The translations under genes were made by a program, and so were the position numbers. Below the pieces are notes generated by a model. It was not told the DNA's origin. It searched no databases and saw only the letters and a program-made list of their open reading frames with translations. A stretch of 63,428 nucleotides of DNA, the filler included, from Cercozoa sp. M6MM (taxonomy: Eukaryota > Protista > Endomyxa: Ascetosporea), in assembly GCA_040357565.1 (NCBI GenBank). It is 11 parts of 11 records of this genome, joined end to end, with 100 filler letters (N's around TTAATTAATTAA, not from the genome) between each part and the next. Parts side by side here need not be neighbours in the genome. Positions count along the whole stretch, not along the records: positions 47,769 to 49,477 come from JBDODJ010001946.1; positions 49,578 to 56,137 come from JBDODJ010000718.1; positions 56,238 to 59,723 come from JBDODJ010001432.1; positions 59,824 to 63,428 come from JBDODJ010001384.1; 7 more parts are not named here. One strand, written 5' to 3'. The first letter of the stretch is position 1; the number at the start of each line of letters is the position of its first letter. Positions 47,804 to 60,256 of this stretch are shown piece after piece.

Positions 47804-49449
47804 GCTTCGAGAGTGCGCCTGATCGTGCAAGTCGTGGACGCGCAGAATCTGCCGGTATTTAACAAAAACAAACAACAAGAAAAAACAACAGGAAAAACAA
47901 CAAGAAAAACAACAAGAGTGTTGTTGTTTTCAGACCCGAAAGAGCGGCGCGACGCGGCCTTTCGTCGAAGTTGTTTTTGGTCGCGCCGCGGCGAAAACGG
48001 CGATTTGCTGCGACGAACAAATCCACCAGTGGCATGAGGTATTATTGGGGGTAAAGGGGGGTAAACAGGGGGGTAAACAGGGGGGTAAAACAACCTGTGT
48101 CGTGTCAGGTATTCGCAATCGACGTCGGCGACGCGTTGGACAAAAACGTCGAATGGACGCCCACACTGTTGTATCGCGAGTTTACCCCTCCCTACCCCTT
48201 CCCCTACCCCTACCCTTGACTCCTTCCCCTACCCCTACCCTTTACCCCTCCTTCTTAACCCCCTTTACTCCCTTACCCCCCAGGGCGCAGCGCGACGCGT
48301 CGGTGCGACTGAGTGTGTACGACGCAGTGGAAAGCACACGTGGCGACGTGCTTCGCAGAGGAGCGACGGTGCGACGGTGCGAGCGACGGTGGCTGGGCAG
48401 TGCGCACGTGCCACTGTCGGTACTACTGACACGTGTCTCAGTGGACGGACGGTTCGCTCTGCAGAGTGCTTTTTTCACTCGTGACGGTTTGCTGCCGCCG
48501 TCGCTGCGGTGTTTTTTGACGCTCGATCCGCCGCTGGTGCACGCCATGCCTGCGCCCGACGACGACGACGACTTTTCCGTACTTTCGCACTTCCGCGCGG
48601 ATCTCGCAAAATACCGAAAATTCGCCAAAAAATTAAGGCTCTGTTTTAGATGGAAGAAACTGACGATTTGATGCGACTTGACACTTTGGCTCTGCTTTGT
48701 CGACGCTTCAAACGGCGCACTGGTTTCTTACCCCCCCCCCCCCCTTGCTTCTCTGTTTACCTCTTGTTTATCTCCCTGTTTATCCCCCTGTTTACACCCT
48801 ATTTACACCCCTATTTACACCCCTGTTTACACCCTATTTACCCCCCCCCCCATTTACCCCACTGTTTAACCCCTGTTTATCCCTGTTTACTGTTCTGTTT
48901 CCTCACTTATCCCTCCCCTAGGTGTGAACGCACGTGCGCGATTGGCGGGCGGGAAACGCGCGTTGGTGTGCCGATTCGTGCGGTCGCTGGCGCCGCCGAA
49001 ACGTTTCGAAATCGGCGCCTGCGTGCGCTTTGTGTCGGTGGTAGTTTTACCCTCTGTTTATCGCCTCTATACTCCCTTATACCCTCTATTTTCCTCTCTT
49101 TTTATTCCCTATTTACTCCTCTATTTACCCCTCTATTCACCCCCTATTTACTCCTCTATTTACCCCCTATTTACTCCTCTATTTACCCCCTATTCCTTAG
49201 CCCCTGAATACTCCTTGCTTACCCCTATATACCCCCTATATACCCCTGTTTACCCCCCTATCTACTCCCTGTTCACCCCTGTATACCCCCTCCCTATTTA
49301 CCCCCCTATTCACCCCTGTATACCCCCTGTTTACTCCCCCTGTCTCCCCCCAGATACCGTTCAAATCGGATCTGTCGGTGTCGCGCGGAACGGCGACGGA
49401 CGTTTGGTGCACGCCAAAGCAGTTTCTTCAGCTGGGATTGGGCGACTGG
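47804..49449 (+). CDS. CC2D2A: CC2D2A/MKS6-like ciliary transition-zone protein (internal fragment)
   Basis: C2 start LIVQVVDAQNLP; RRWLGSAHVP...DGRF; FLTLDPPL; LVCRFVRSLAPP; RFVS/IPFKSD; DVWCTPKQFLQLGLGD. Confidence 0.75.
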
Positions 49450-49591
49450 TATTTTACCCCCCCTTAACCCCCCCCCCNNNNNNNNNNNNNNNNNNNNNNN
49501 NNNNNNNNNNNNNNNNNNNNNTTAATTAATTAANNNNNNNNNNNNNNNNNNNNNNNNNNNNNNNNNNNNNNNNNNNNCCCCCCCCCCGCAG

Positions 49592-49802
49592 TCCCTGATT
49601 CCGGCCGGTATGCTGTTCGGCGCCGATGTTTCCTTTTCGCGTTTGCTGGAGCGTCTCGTGCTTGCGTAAGCTTTTGGCTTCGCTCTGCTTGTTCGACATG
49701 CATACCCTATCATGCCTCTGTAGTATCCTTGGCAATGCCTTTGGCGGCGTACTGTTTGTTGGCGGCATCTACGCGGCCATCTACCGCCGCGATCTGCACT
49801 GA
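49592..49802 (+). CDS. Formate/nitrite transporter C-terminus
   Basis: LIPAGMLFGADVS...ILGNAFGGVLFVGGIY matches the FNT LGN.hGG motif. Confidence 0.8.
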
Positions 49803-51451
49803 ACTTAGCCATCTGGGGAACCTGTTGTTCTCTTTTGTTTTCTATCGCGAGCCATGATGCGGGCAATACTTCCGCAGCCGGGGCGATTCCGGACTCGCTG
49901 CCTTCCGAAGACGATGTGCCAAAGTCGTGGAGAGCGTCCCACTGGTACTTTCCCCCCGCCTCATCACTCTCTATCCACGCTTCCTTGACAGCATACGATT
50001 TGATAGCAGGTCGAGCAAGCCATGATCAACAGCCAGGCCGAGCACGAAAAGTCTAAGAGCGCTTGCACCACTAGGTTTCCGCCGCTACTAGGTGTTCTAA
50101 CTATAACTAGTCCGTAATTAGTGGTTTATAGCTCCCTGTGTCGACTTTTGAAACTCGACCGACAACGCACGAATTTCAATTCCGGTGAATTTCGTCAAAA
50201 CTATGTCTCCATAGTGGCCCAAACTTCACTAAGTCTAACATTTGGACAATTAGTGTGCGGGCTACTCTAATAGCAGTCGTTTCGGGCTCTTTTGTCCGTA
50301 ATTGTCAGTCATGCTTTGAAAACTAAACGATCTATCTGAATTTACAGTATTGTGCAGTGCTGCAGTCTGTTGCTTGGCGTTTCAGTGATTGCGTGACTTG
50401 CTCGTTTTTAGCATGGTAAACAGTCTGCAACATTTTATGCCGATCAGCGCGTCGAAGTTCCACATCACTCCCCGGATAGTCTCCCAGAGCATACCCTGGG
50501 CCGCTGTTGCAGTTAACCGCACTCCCTGATACAGCGTGATGGTCGATAACTTGTGTTAGTCGGTCGCGACCAAGTTTCGATAGCGAGGAAAGGGTTGCAC
50601 GCCTTTCTGAGAGTCTGTTAAAAGTCTGTGCTGCGTTCACCGGCAACCAGCACCAGGTATAAACTAACCTGCATAGTGTTGTTCGCTGCTGCGATTATTT
50701 TAGACGCGCGCTACCTCCGAATAAAGCGGCTCTCAGGGCTAACACCGCGGTTTGCGCAGAAACCGGTGGTCGCGCGAGCTGCCCGAGGTCTTTCTGGCTG
50801 GGTGGACCGTCGCTGCTGTCACGTGTTGCACCTGTTGCCTCCGATGCCAGTCTCAAGTCGGACACAGTGCCGACACACTTGATCTCACTGCAGAGCAGGT
50901 GAGCACACTGGCACGTGCGTCGGTCGACAAGGTGAACAACGCGACTGTCTACGATGCAGAAAAGGTTATCTTCACAACACTGTTTTTCCGCAGCCTTTCA
51001 GAAATTGAGGCTTTGGCAGTGCAAAAGAGTACTATGCCAGGAAAAAAACGAAAGAAACAAATGGAATCGATGCGAAGAAGAATTGAGTCAGACGTAGTCA
51101 GTTCAGATGTAGTTACCCCAAGATAGGGTCGGCAAAGTACAGGAAGTAAGTTTAGACTAGTCGGGAGAAGAGAGGCCGGTAGTCAGAAGAATAAGGAAGG
51201 AGAAGGAGAGACGTACAGGAGAAAAAGAAAGGCTCTATGTGCTGGAGTCTGGTTAGGAGAGAGCCTTTTCAGGAAAGGAGCAAAATCTTGCTCTTTCGAT
51301 TCGTTACAACAAACCTTAAACGCGGTCGCGATCGGGTTGTGTTGTAGACTTCGGTCGAGTTTAATTTACCATTGCATCAACCATGGTGCCAAGAAGCAAA
51401 GATGGATCCACAAACCTCGCTCAGACTCGACTCACTTTAAGGAAGACGCGA

Positions 51452-52660
51452 TTAGTCCGAGGCGAGCACAGCCTGGATGCGCTCAAACGGAATGGCCGAG
51501 AGGTCGCGGTTGTCGCCTGTGCCGCGCGCGAGCTGCGTCAGTCGCTGCAGCATCTGTCTGACCTGCCATTGGGGGGAGAATGGAGGGTAAAGCGAAGAGC
51601 AAATAGGACGCAAAGACACCTCGGTCCGAAGTACGCGGGTGTCTACAGGCAAGCCGTCAGTCCGAATGACATCACCGTGCTGCAGGTAATGCCGTGCCTG
51701 TCTAGACGAAAGGGGGTGGGGAAACCATGCCTGATGGGTAGTAACAAAGACACACCTGCGCGATGCAGAACAGGCCGCAGTCCGAGCTGTTGTCCTGCTG
51801 AGCGCACTGCTGCACAGTCGAGTGACTGCCGGAACCTACGTTCTGTCTGTGTGCACACAAGTACACATATGTTAGCTGGCTCCAATAAGTCTGCGGTACA
51901 CGAGGCGACTGGTGGACTCGCGCAATTGCTGCGACAACTGAGCGGCGGCCTAGTGTCAGAGTATGGGTACAGTGTGAGAGGAGGGAGCAGAGGGAGCAAA
52001 GGAGACCTCGGCATTGTAGTTGCCGTGCGAATCGACATGAAACGTCGTCCAGTTTGTACCTTGTCCTGAGCAACATCAATCAGGTCAACAGTCAGGTCAA
52101 CAGTGAATATTGAGGAAAGAAGGCGGTGGAGGGGGGGGGGTAAATCACCTCGAGTGGCCACAAGCAACGACCAGTGCGTGCCGCTGTCGTTCGACACGGC
52201 GGCATTGTTCACCGGAAACAACACCGTATCTGCCTCACTATATATAAAATGTTGTCAGAATAAGTCCTAGTATTAGATCTAAATAACTCACAGCAAGGGC
52301 TCCACAATGTCGTCGATGTCGTCGGTGTCGTTTTCATGCCTCAGGATAAACATAGCGCCGGGACTCACCACCTCGGCCTTTCTGCTGACGATAAAGGGAA
52401 AACACAAAGGAAGGATGAACGTGGATACCTGTTCTGGTGCTGCGCCAACAGAGCAGCGTGCTGCAGAGCACAGAAAACGACGGCATCGTTCAGCCAACAG
52501 CCTGGTGTACAACACGTTTTTAAATGAATTGGTGCTGTTGAAAAAAACAACGGAAATGATCTGAACCATCGTCTAGCGTCGCAAAATCGCTCTGATACAC
52601 TGTACTTTCCTTCCACACAAATGAGTGCATCTTAGTCTCCTCAAAAACACGTCTCCTCAT
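51452..52660 (-). CDS. SENP8: SENP8/NEDP1 deneddylase (peptidase C48)
   Basis: VYQSDFATLDDGCWLND, LFPVNN...SGTHWSLLV, HVDS, QQDNSSDCGLF (His-Asp-Cys triad). Start is 52660 or 52630. Confidence 0.88.
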
Positions 52661-52765
52661 CAGCGTCGGCGTTCTCCGAAAACAAAAATATTAAAACATT
52701 TTAGATACGCGATCGGAGAGTCCTAACAGCGGCGAAACACTTTAACAAACTTAAGGCAATAATTC

Positions 52766-55700
52766 ATGGGTGTTCCAGCCTTTTTCGTCTGGCTCGCGAA
52801 AAAGTAGTCATCTTTCACCTCGGGTAGTTGTGTTTGCTCAGTTTCGTTGGTCTTTCTGGCGCAGGTATCCAGCATGCGTGAGTGACTGGTCACCAGAGTT
52901 CGTGGAAGAGCGTGTGCCCAAGTCAGAGGTAAGTCGTGCTGTCCCGATAGACCTGGGAATGAGTACACGTGTGTAGGTGCACAACCTGTACCTCGACATG
53001 AACGGCATCATTCACCCGTGCAGTCATCCCGAAAGTGGTTTCAACGCGTCAAAGTATTTTCCAGTTTCTTTTTGAGTAAAATCGAGCTTTTGAACGCGTG
53101 TATGCTGCAGGAAACCCAAGAGCGAGGCCGAGATTATGAAGAACATTTGTGACTACATTGATGTGCTTCTGGAACGGTATCTGAGTGCCGTGTGAACTTT
53201 GCTTGTGTCTCTAATGTTGAGTTTGACCCTTTTCAAAGTGTAAAACCAACAAAGCTGCTGTATCTCGCCGTGGATGGCGTGGCACCACGCGCCAAAATGA
53301 ACCAGCGTACCTGACTGACTGACTGAGTATTTGCTGGCTGATTAAGGCTGCGTGTGTCAGAGCGAGCACGCAGGTACAGGAGTGCCATGGACCGCGAGCA
53401 GTACCAGTTGGTTGCACAGCGTCTCGGTGTCCAAACTGGAGGTAGCCCAGTTCTGCTTGGTCTGTGTTTGGACTACACAGGCATCTATCTCACCTTCAGA
53501 TTCGGGACACGACTTTGACTCCAACGTGATCACGCCTGGCACCTCCTTCATGTGCAAGGTCGAGGCGACACTCAAGGACTACGCACGTCGAGTGTACCTT
53601 GCAGCTTTTTGTGGGTGTGTCGGGAGGATCTACCTGTATGTAAGAGCAGGAGCAAGAAACACAACCTGACCTGTGTCGTGAGTGATGCCAACGTGCCTGG
53701 CGAGGGCGAACACAAAGGTAACCGTTGTGTCTTCTATCAAGGAGACAAGGAGAAGCGTGTCTTCTGTAGTGATGGACTACATCCGACGAGCACGCAACGC
53801 ACCCGGCTACGATCCCAACACCACGCACGTCTTGTACGGCCTCGATGCCGACCTCATCATGCTGTATGTCTTCCCTGCTATCAATGTAATATATATATAT
53901 ATTTTTTTTAAAATGTGTGTGTACAGATATACCCCCCTTTATATGTAGTGCACTAGCGACACACGAGACGCACTTTTACGTCCTCCGAGACAAGCCTTCT
54001 CGCTTCCACAAGGGTGCACTTGTTCAGTATATATTATATATACACACATATATATATACATGTATATATATACTGGTCCCCTGATCCCCTGTAGGCAAGG
54101 ACAAGAAGGACAAGAGGTTCGGCGTGCAGGACTACCAGGTTAGAGACCTTGATGACAGAGAGTAGAACGGGAGTAAAATTATGACTTTGCTAGGTGTGCG
54201 AAATCGGCGTACTGCGCGATTATTTCGAACGCGAGTTCTCGCACCTCGACTTTGAGGTATAGTTCTTATATGGGGGGGGGTTAAGGTGGAGAGGTGGGGT
54301 ACCAACCGTCTTTGTGGTCTCACAGCGAGTGATTGACGACTTTGTGCTGCTGTGTTTCTTCGCGGGCAACGACTTTCTGCCGGAACTGCCGGGTTTCGAC
54401 ATTCGCGACGGCGCACTCGACACCTTCCTGGGTAGGGTCATTGCTAGTTGGGCAATGGGGGAGGGTTAAGGAAAGATAGGGAGTTAGTGTATGGAGTAAA
54501 TGGGTATATGTGTGTGTGTAGACATCTACAAGCAGCAATGGGAACGCGGACTGTATGGTGGTCGCTACCTGACGGATGGCAACAAGGCGTATGTCGACCT
54601 AGAAGCACTGGACACTTTCGTGGCCGGTCTGGTGCCCTACGAGATTGTACCTCTCGCCTCTATCTATGTCCTTATTCTCTCTATGTCCAAGTCTGTATGT
54701 CTATATTTCTATGTCTCTATGTCTCTATGTCTATGTCTCTATGTCTTTGTCTCTATGTCTATGTCTATGTGAGTCTATGAAAAATAGGACGCACTGCGCG
54801 CACAGCACCAGCGTCGCAAGCAGCAGCAGCAGGTTTGACTCCTTCCCGCCCCTCCATTTTCTCACCTTTCCTTACCCCGCGACTGAGACAGAACCTTTTC
54901 AAGAAGATCTTTCCAAATGGAAGCAACAACAACAACAGTGAAAACAACGACAACGACAAAAACAGCAACACCGAAAACAACAACATCGAAAACAATAACA
55001 CCGAAAACAACAACATCGAAAACAACAACACCGAAAACAACAGCGGCGAAACCTTCGAGGACCCGAAAGTCGAGATCGAGAGACTGAAAGAACTCGTCGA
55101 CAGGGGTACCGCAAAGACTTGTTTGTCCCCTGCTTCCTTAACCTTTCATACGTGCAGGTCAGATCAACTCGGCCAAGGCCAAAAAACGCATCGTGAAAAT
55201 TCTTGAGGTAGGGGGCGTGTGTGTGTGTGTGTGCGTGCGTGTGTGTCATCTGTCTGTTGCAGAAAGCAGTCGAAGCTGACACCCTCAAACTCGCCATGAC
55301 AACCTCTGAGATTGTCGACTTTGACGCTGTAAACACACCTCTTTCCCATGTCTCCTTGCAGATACACATTTCCCTAAAGGCAAGGACGTCGACGAATGAA
55401 TGGCGTCGCGCCTACTACCGACACAAGTTCGGCTTTGAGGACTTTGCTGTACCTTGTGTGTGCTGTCTAGTGACCCCCCCCCCCCCCATGTCCTTTTGTC
55501 CCAGAAGAAACTGAACGAAGTACGCGATGCCTACATTCGAGGCCTGCAGTGGATCTTTGCCTACTACTACGGTGGTCGGTACACACAGTGCTTTTGTACA
55601 AGCAGATTCTTATCCCGTTGTTTGACAGGTGCATCTGGGACTACTACTACCCGTACCACTACGCCCCATTGCCGGGCGACCTCGTGAACTGCGACAGTCT

Positions 55701-56067
55701 GGAGATGCACGTGTTCTCGCGCGAGTCGACGCAGCAGATGGACGTGCCGCTGATGCCGCAGGAACAGCTGTGTGCAGTCCTGCCTCCGCAGTCGGCCCAC
55801 CGATGGTACTTTGCCCTCTCTCGGTATAGGTGCTGTGCGGACACGCATACTGTGTCTGCGCAGTCTGCCTGCCGAGTTGGCGTCGCTGGTGTGCCGTGCC
55901 TCGGCTTACAACTGCGAGTGTGAAGGCGAGGTGCAACATCATATCTGTGCTGTGCGCATTCTTTTTTATGTTTCGATTGGTCTACTGCACTGATAGGATG
56001 CCAAGACACTGGAGCAGTACTACCCCAAGCAAGGCAAAGTCTCGCTTGATCTCAACGGCCGACACCG
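52766..56067 (+). CDS. XRN2: XRN 5'-3' exoribonuclease, XRN2/Rat1-like (3' truncated)
   Basis: [92 protein letters not shown]1 versus XRN2 is not certain. Confidence 0.85.
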
Positions 56068-56070
56068 GTA

Positions 56071-56133
<63 letters not shown>

Positions 56134-56237
56134 TGTGNNNNNNNNNNNNNNNNNNNNNNNNNNNNNNNNNNNNNNNNNNNNTTAATTAATTAANNNNNNN
56201 NNNNNNNNNNNNNNNNNNNNNNNNNNNNNNNNNNNNN

Positions 56238-56289
<52 letters not shown>

Positions 56290-56330
56290 GTATGTGTGTA
56301 GTACACACCGCGTGAGTTAGTGATCAACAA

Positions 56331-56945
56331 TAAATTACCATCCTCCTCTGCGCAAGGGAACACAGAGCGGCATAGCATACACCCATACACAGGCACACAT
56401 ACCGCATAGACATAGTAGACACAGAGACAGAAAGACAGAAGAGAGACAGAGAGACAGAGACACAAGGAAAGAAAAATAGATGTGTCAAGACGCGCCTTCC
56501 TCAGAGCCGCTCGACAACAACGACATCTCCTCCAGGATCAGCAGCACCGAACGCTCGCCCTGACACACCACACACATCATAGCATAGTATAGCTTAGCAT
56601 ACGAGACTTCTCCTACTGGGCAGGCCACACCACACACAAACACACACACACACAAAGGGCACTACCTGCGACAACAGGTTGACGTTGGAGATCGCCGCCA
56701 ATCTGCGCAAGCGCCGGCAACGAACACGTCAAAAAAGCACAGCAAAACAGATCAAAACAAGACCCCAAAAGCATCCCAAATTTTGACCGAAAATTGCGCA
56801 CAGGACAACCACAAAAACTAGCGCCCAAGCTTATGCGTATAGTGGAGGAAACAACGTACAACCGCGTCTGCGGCATGGCCATCGCTGGGCGACGCATGTT
56901 CTTGAACGCCGAGTTCGCGAAACGGCGACCGCTCTGACGCAACAT
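56331..56945 (-). CDS. Small protein with mitochondrial-type presequence (3' end uncertain)
   Basis: MLRQSGRRFANSAFKNMRRPAMAMPQTR/LAAISNVNLLSQ/GERSVLLILEEMSLLSSGSEE. Confidence 0.6.
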
Positions 56946-57191
56946 CCTTTCCTATTTCAAAGCTGCTGCTAACACCTGTGAACCACGGCGCGGCAAGCTC
57001 GGTGCAGACTTGGCTATTGTACACCAGAAGTGATGTACAATTTTTCCTGCACAGCTGTTCCGTCCAGGTCGGACACAAAATAAAACAATGTGAACATTCG
57101 CTCCGCAGGCATTGCGCTGCTTGAGTTGCTGCGCGTGTGTTCCAAGAGATTCCGAGTTGTCGGGTTTTACAGTGAGCCGGTTTAAAAGCTC

Positions 57192-58979
57192 ATGGGCGAT
57201 CAGGGCGAGGCACGATGATTTGTTGAATAAAGAAAACTGTGCTGTGCTGCTCAGTGCCTGGGCTTACGAGTGCTTTTTGCTTGGTGCTAGCAGGCACCAT
57301 GGCGTGTTTATATGCGCGGCATGTTCGTGGCGCTCTCAAAACTACTTGTGGGCCGTAATTGACCTGACTAGTGTGCATGTCTGTTGTTTTTACAAGACGT
57401 CCTCGTGTGTGGCTTGCGTAGACCCGTTTGATACCGTGAAGGTACGGCAGCAGGCACTAGGCGACACGACAAAACACTTTGCCTCACCGCTGACTACTTT
57501 GAAGTGAGTTCTATGTAGCAAGTTGTCTTGGTCAGTGAGGAGATCGGAGTGTTCCAACTGGGCTGAGTGTAGATACACGATAACACGGGAGGGACCGCTG
57601 GCTTTGTACAAGGTGAATTTACGAGTCAAACTGAGTTGCCATCTGTATCTCTCTAAACATACGGTGTGTGTGTGTGCAGGGCGCATCGCCTCAGTTGCCG
57701 GGTCTCCTGGTGTACAACACACTGCTGTACGGGTGCTTTGACTCGTCGCTGCGACTGCTGGACTGGCAGAGTCCACTGGCTGCCACGGTACTGCCTTGTC
57801 GTCTCGCTCAGTACCTCGTGTCTAGTCACAGCTGTCCTTGTCTGTTCAGAAGGACGGCTGGACGCCCCTGCACCGTGTGGCCCAAGCTGGCGTCTGTGTC
57901 GGCCTCGTGACTGGCATCTGTGTGTCGGTACAGTCATTCCAGAGATGTATATACGTATATATATATATATATTTATGTTTACATGTATGTCTGTAGCCCT
58001 TTGAACTCCTGCGTGCGAGATGCCAGTACTAGACTTATACGCGACGTACACATGCATAGATATCACTCGTCCCGACAAGGGGGACACACCGACCCAGTGT
58101 GGAGCACACATTCCCTTTGTACCTCCCGTTGTTTGTGAATGGACTGTCAGGGTCCAACACGGCTCGGCGCAGCTGCAGGAAGGCGTGATCGCCTCCATGA
58201 AGCGACAGGTAGCGACTATACCCCTCCTCACTTACCCTTACCCCCCCCCCCCGTAGGTGCGTGAACTCGGTCTGGTCAAAGGCATGTTCCGCGGCACACT
58301 GGCCATGACGATGCGTGAGACATTCGGCAACGCTGTGTTCTTCGGCTCCTACGAGGTAGTCGCTGCTGAGTCTTTACCACCCTCCCCCAACCCTTGTTGA
58401 TATGTGTGCAGGCAATGTTGCGCAACGTCTGGGGTGTCTCCTCGTTGGACAGCACACGACGCCCGTCAGCGCTGAGTGCTTTTATTGCCGGCGGTGTGGC
58501 CGGGGTATCCTTTGTTGTTTGAGGCTTGTGCGTGCGAGTGTATGCGGTGCAATTACGCTAGTCGGTCAACTGGCTCGCCATCTACCCAATCGACACGGTC
58601 AAGAACCGCATGCAGGCCGACGATCCGTCCCGTCCTGTGTTTAAGGTGAGCACACTTTAGCTTTTTTCTTTCTGTTTGAGCCTTATTCGTGCGTAGAACA
58701 TGCGGCACTGCTTCAGAACCGTGTGGGAAGGCGCCAATGGCTGGCGTGGATGTACCCTAGCTTTGTCTTTAAGGGGGCGAAAGCTAGATAACTGGCCAAT
58801 AATGCAGTGTACGCCGGCCTGAGTCCGTGTCTGTTACGAGGTTTCGTTGCCAATGGTGGTAAGCTCTTTTTGGAACAGTAGTTCTTTTTAAAACTATTTT
58901 GACTGTAGCCGGTTTTGTTGCGATCGAAATGTCACGCCGCGCCGAATCCGCGGTTTCGCTCCGTCTGCAGCATCGGTAG
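57192..58979 (+). CDS. Mitochondrial carrier (SLC25; carnitine/ornithine-carrier-like)
   Basis: Px(D/E)xx(K/R)-type signatures HPFDTVKVRQQ, PFEL and YPIDTVKNRMQAD; EGPLALYKG, RETFGNAVFFGSYE, YAGLSPCLLRGFVAN. Confidence 0.92.
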
Positions 58980-59383
58980 CACGAGCAGCTCTCAAAAGCT
59001 ACCTCTCAAAAGCTACCACTTTCTTCGCTCACGGCATGTCATATCGGTTGACTCCATTGTCCAACTGCCTTGCGGTTTGGTTTCGGTTGCAATCGCAACT
59101 TTAACTGTGAATCTCGCCCGGCCGAGGGGCCTGTAGCTCTCGCGGCCGCTCATACCCCGTGTTTATGCAAAATAAATTATTAACGAAGCCCCAAAAGCCA
59201 TCAGCTGATGGGAAGATTTAACATTCCACAACTCACAGTTACTTGGACACAATGCCTCTATAAATCAACCAGCTATCTTAGTCGTGCTGATCAAACAAAA
59301 TCTCTTTTTTGGATTTTGGATCAACGCAAGACTATCGGCTTAAAATATCGCTGTTCGAAAGGGATGGGTTCCCGGCGCCAGAG

Positions 59384-59679
59384 TCAATGAGCGCGAGTGG
59401 CAGGATCGACGGCGACTGCTTTGATCTCAATCAAAAGGTTCGGGTGCGGCAACTCGCGCACGGCCACCTGAAGAATGAAAACAAAAGTAGCATACAACTC
59501 GAAGGGTCTGTCTGACAGAAGCATACTGTGGTTCGAGTGGGACCCGTCTCGGCATCAAAGTAGCCTAAAAGACACAGGTAGAAGGGAACAAAGTGGGGCT
59601 AAGAGAAAAGGAGCAAGAGTGTACGGTTGTAGACGCGATTGAATCCCGGAAAGTCACGTTTCATGTTCACCAGGAACAC
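59384..59679 (-). CDS. RidA/YjgF family C-terminus, 2-aminomuconate-deaminase-like (5' truncated)
   Basis: VFLVNMKRDFPGFNRVYN/YFDAETGPTRTT/VAVRELPHPNLLIEIKAVAV-...TGA over three exons; not visible in the ORF track. Confidence 0.85.
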
Positions 59680-59891
59680 CTGAGTTAAAGGGAGTAAAGT
59701 GGGTGTGGGGGGGGGGGGGGGGGNNNNNNNNNNNNNNNNNNNNNNNNNNNNNNNNNNNNNNNNNNNNTTAATTAATTAANNNNNNNNNNNNNNNNNNNNN
59801 NNNNNNNNNNNNNNNNNNNNNNNCCCCCCAATGGAAACTCAGTTCGACTGAAATCCGGTCCCTTAATTTTTTGGTTCATCTTTTGGCGTAG

Positions 59892-60102
59892 TGACGTGGG
59901 TATGGGCGAGTCCTTCATTGAGTGTGCTGCCACTGACGTCGACTGGATCCCGCACAAGCAGTACACCACGAGACTCTTTCTCTCGATGGACGAGCCACCA
60001 GACGCCCCGGCTCAATACTCCCAAGTTCGAACAGACATGCACAATACGAGCGTAAGCACCAGCGGGCTTAGTTTCGACACCACAGTGTCCTTTATTCGGT
60101 GA
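59892..60102 (+). CDS. Terminal exon of an unidentified gene
   Basis: Acceptor ...GGCGTAG then open frame to ...TVSFIR-TGA. Confidence 0.45.
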
Positions 60103-60256
60103 TCGCTGATCAAGTTAGCTGAGCGAGTTGCTACGCTAACTGACGTTAGTTAAAGATGCTAACAAACGCTCTGCGAAGAGACAAGACTTTGAATCTACCC
60201 AAGCGAAGTGAGGTCGGTAGTTTCGACGAATTTGGTCTGGTTGAGTCACGGTAAAA

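Noticed and set aside
50067-50112. Helitron 3' end (hairpin then CTAG-T)
   Set aside because: Hairpin is weak and imperfect; no RepHel coding sequence or second copy in the window.
14153-56067. Rai1/DXO-like and Rat1/XRN2-like genes as a functional cluster
   Set aside because: They are on different contigs separated by several artificial linkers.
56350-56496. GC donor in the small mitochondrial gene
   Set aside because: A GT donor 4 nt away also yields a valid ending; cannot decide without cDNA.
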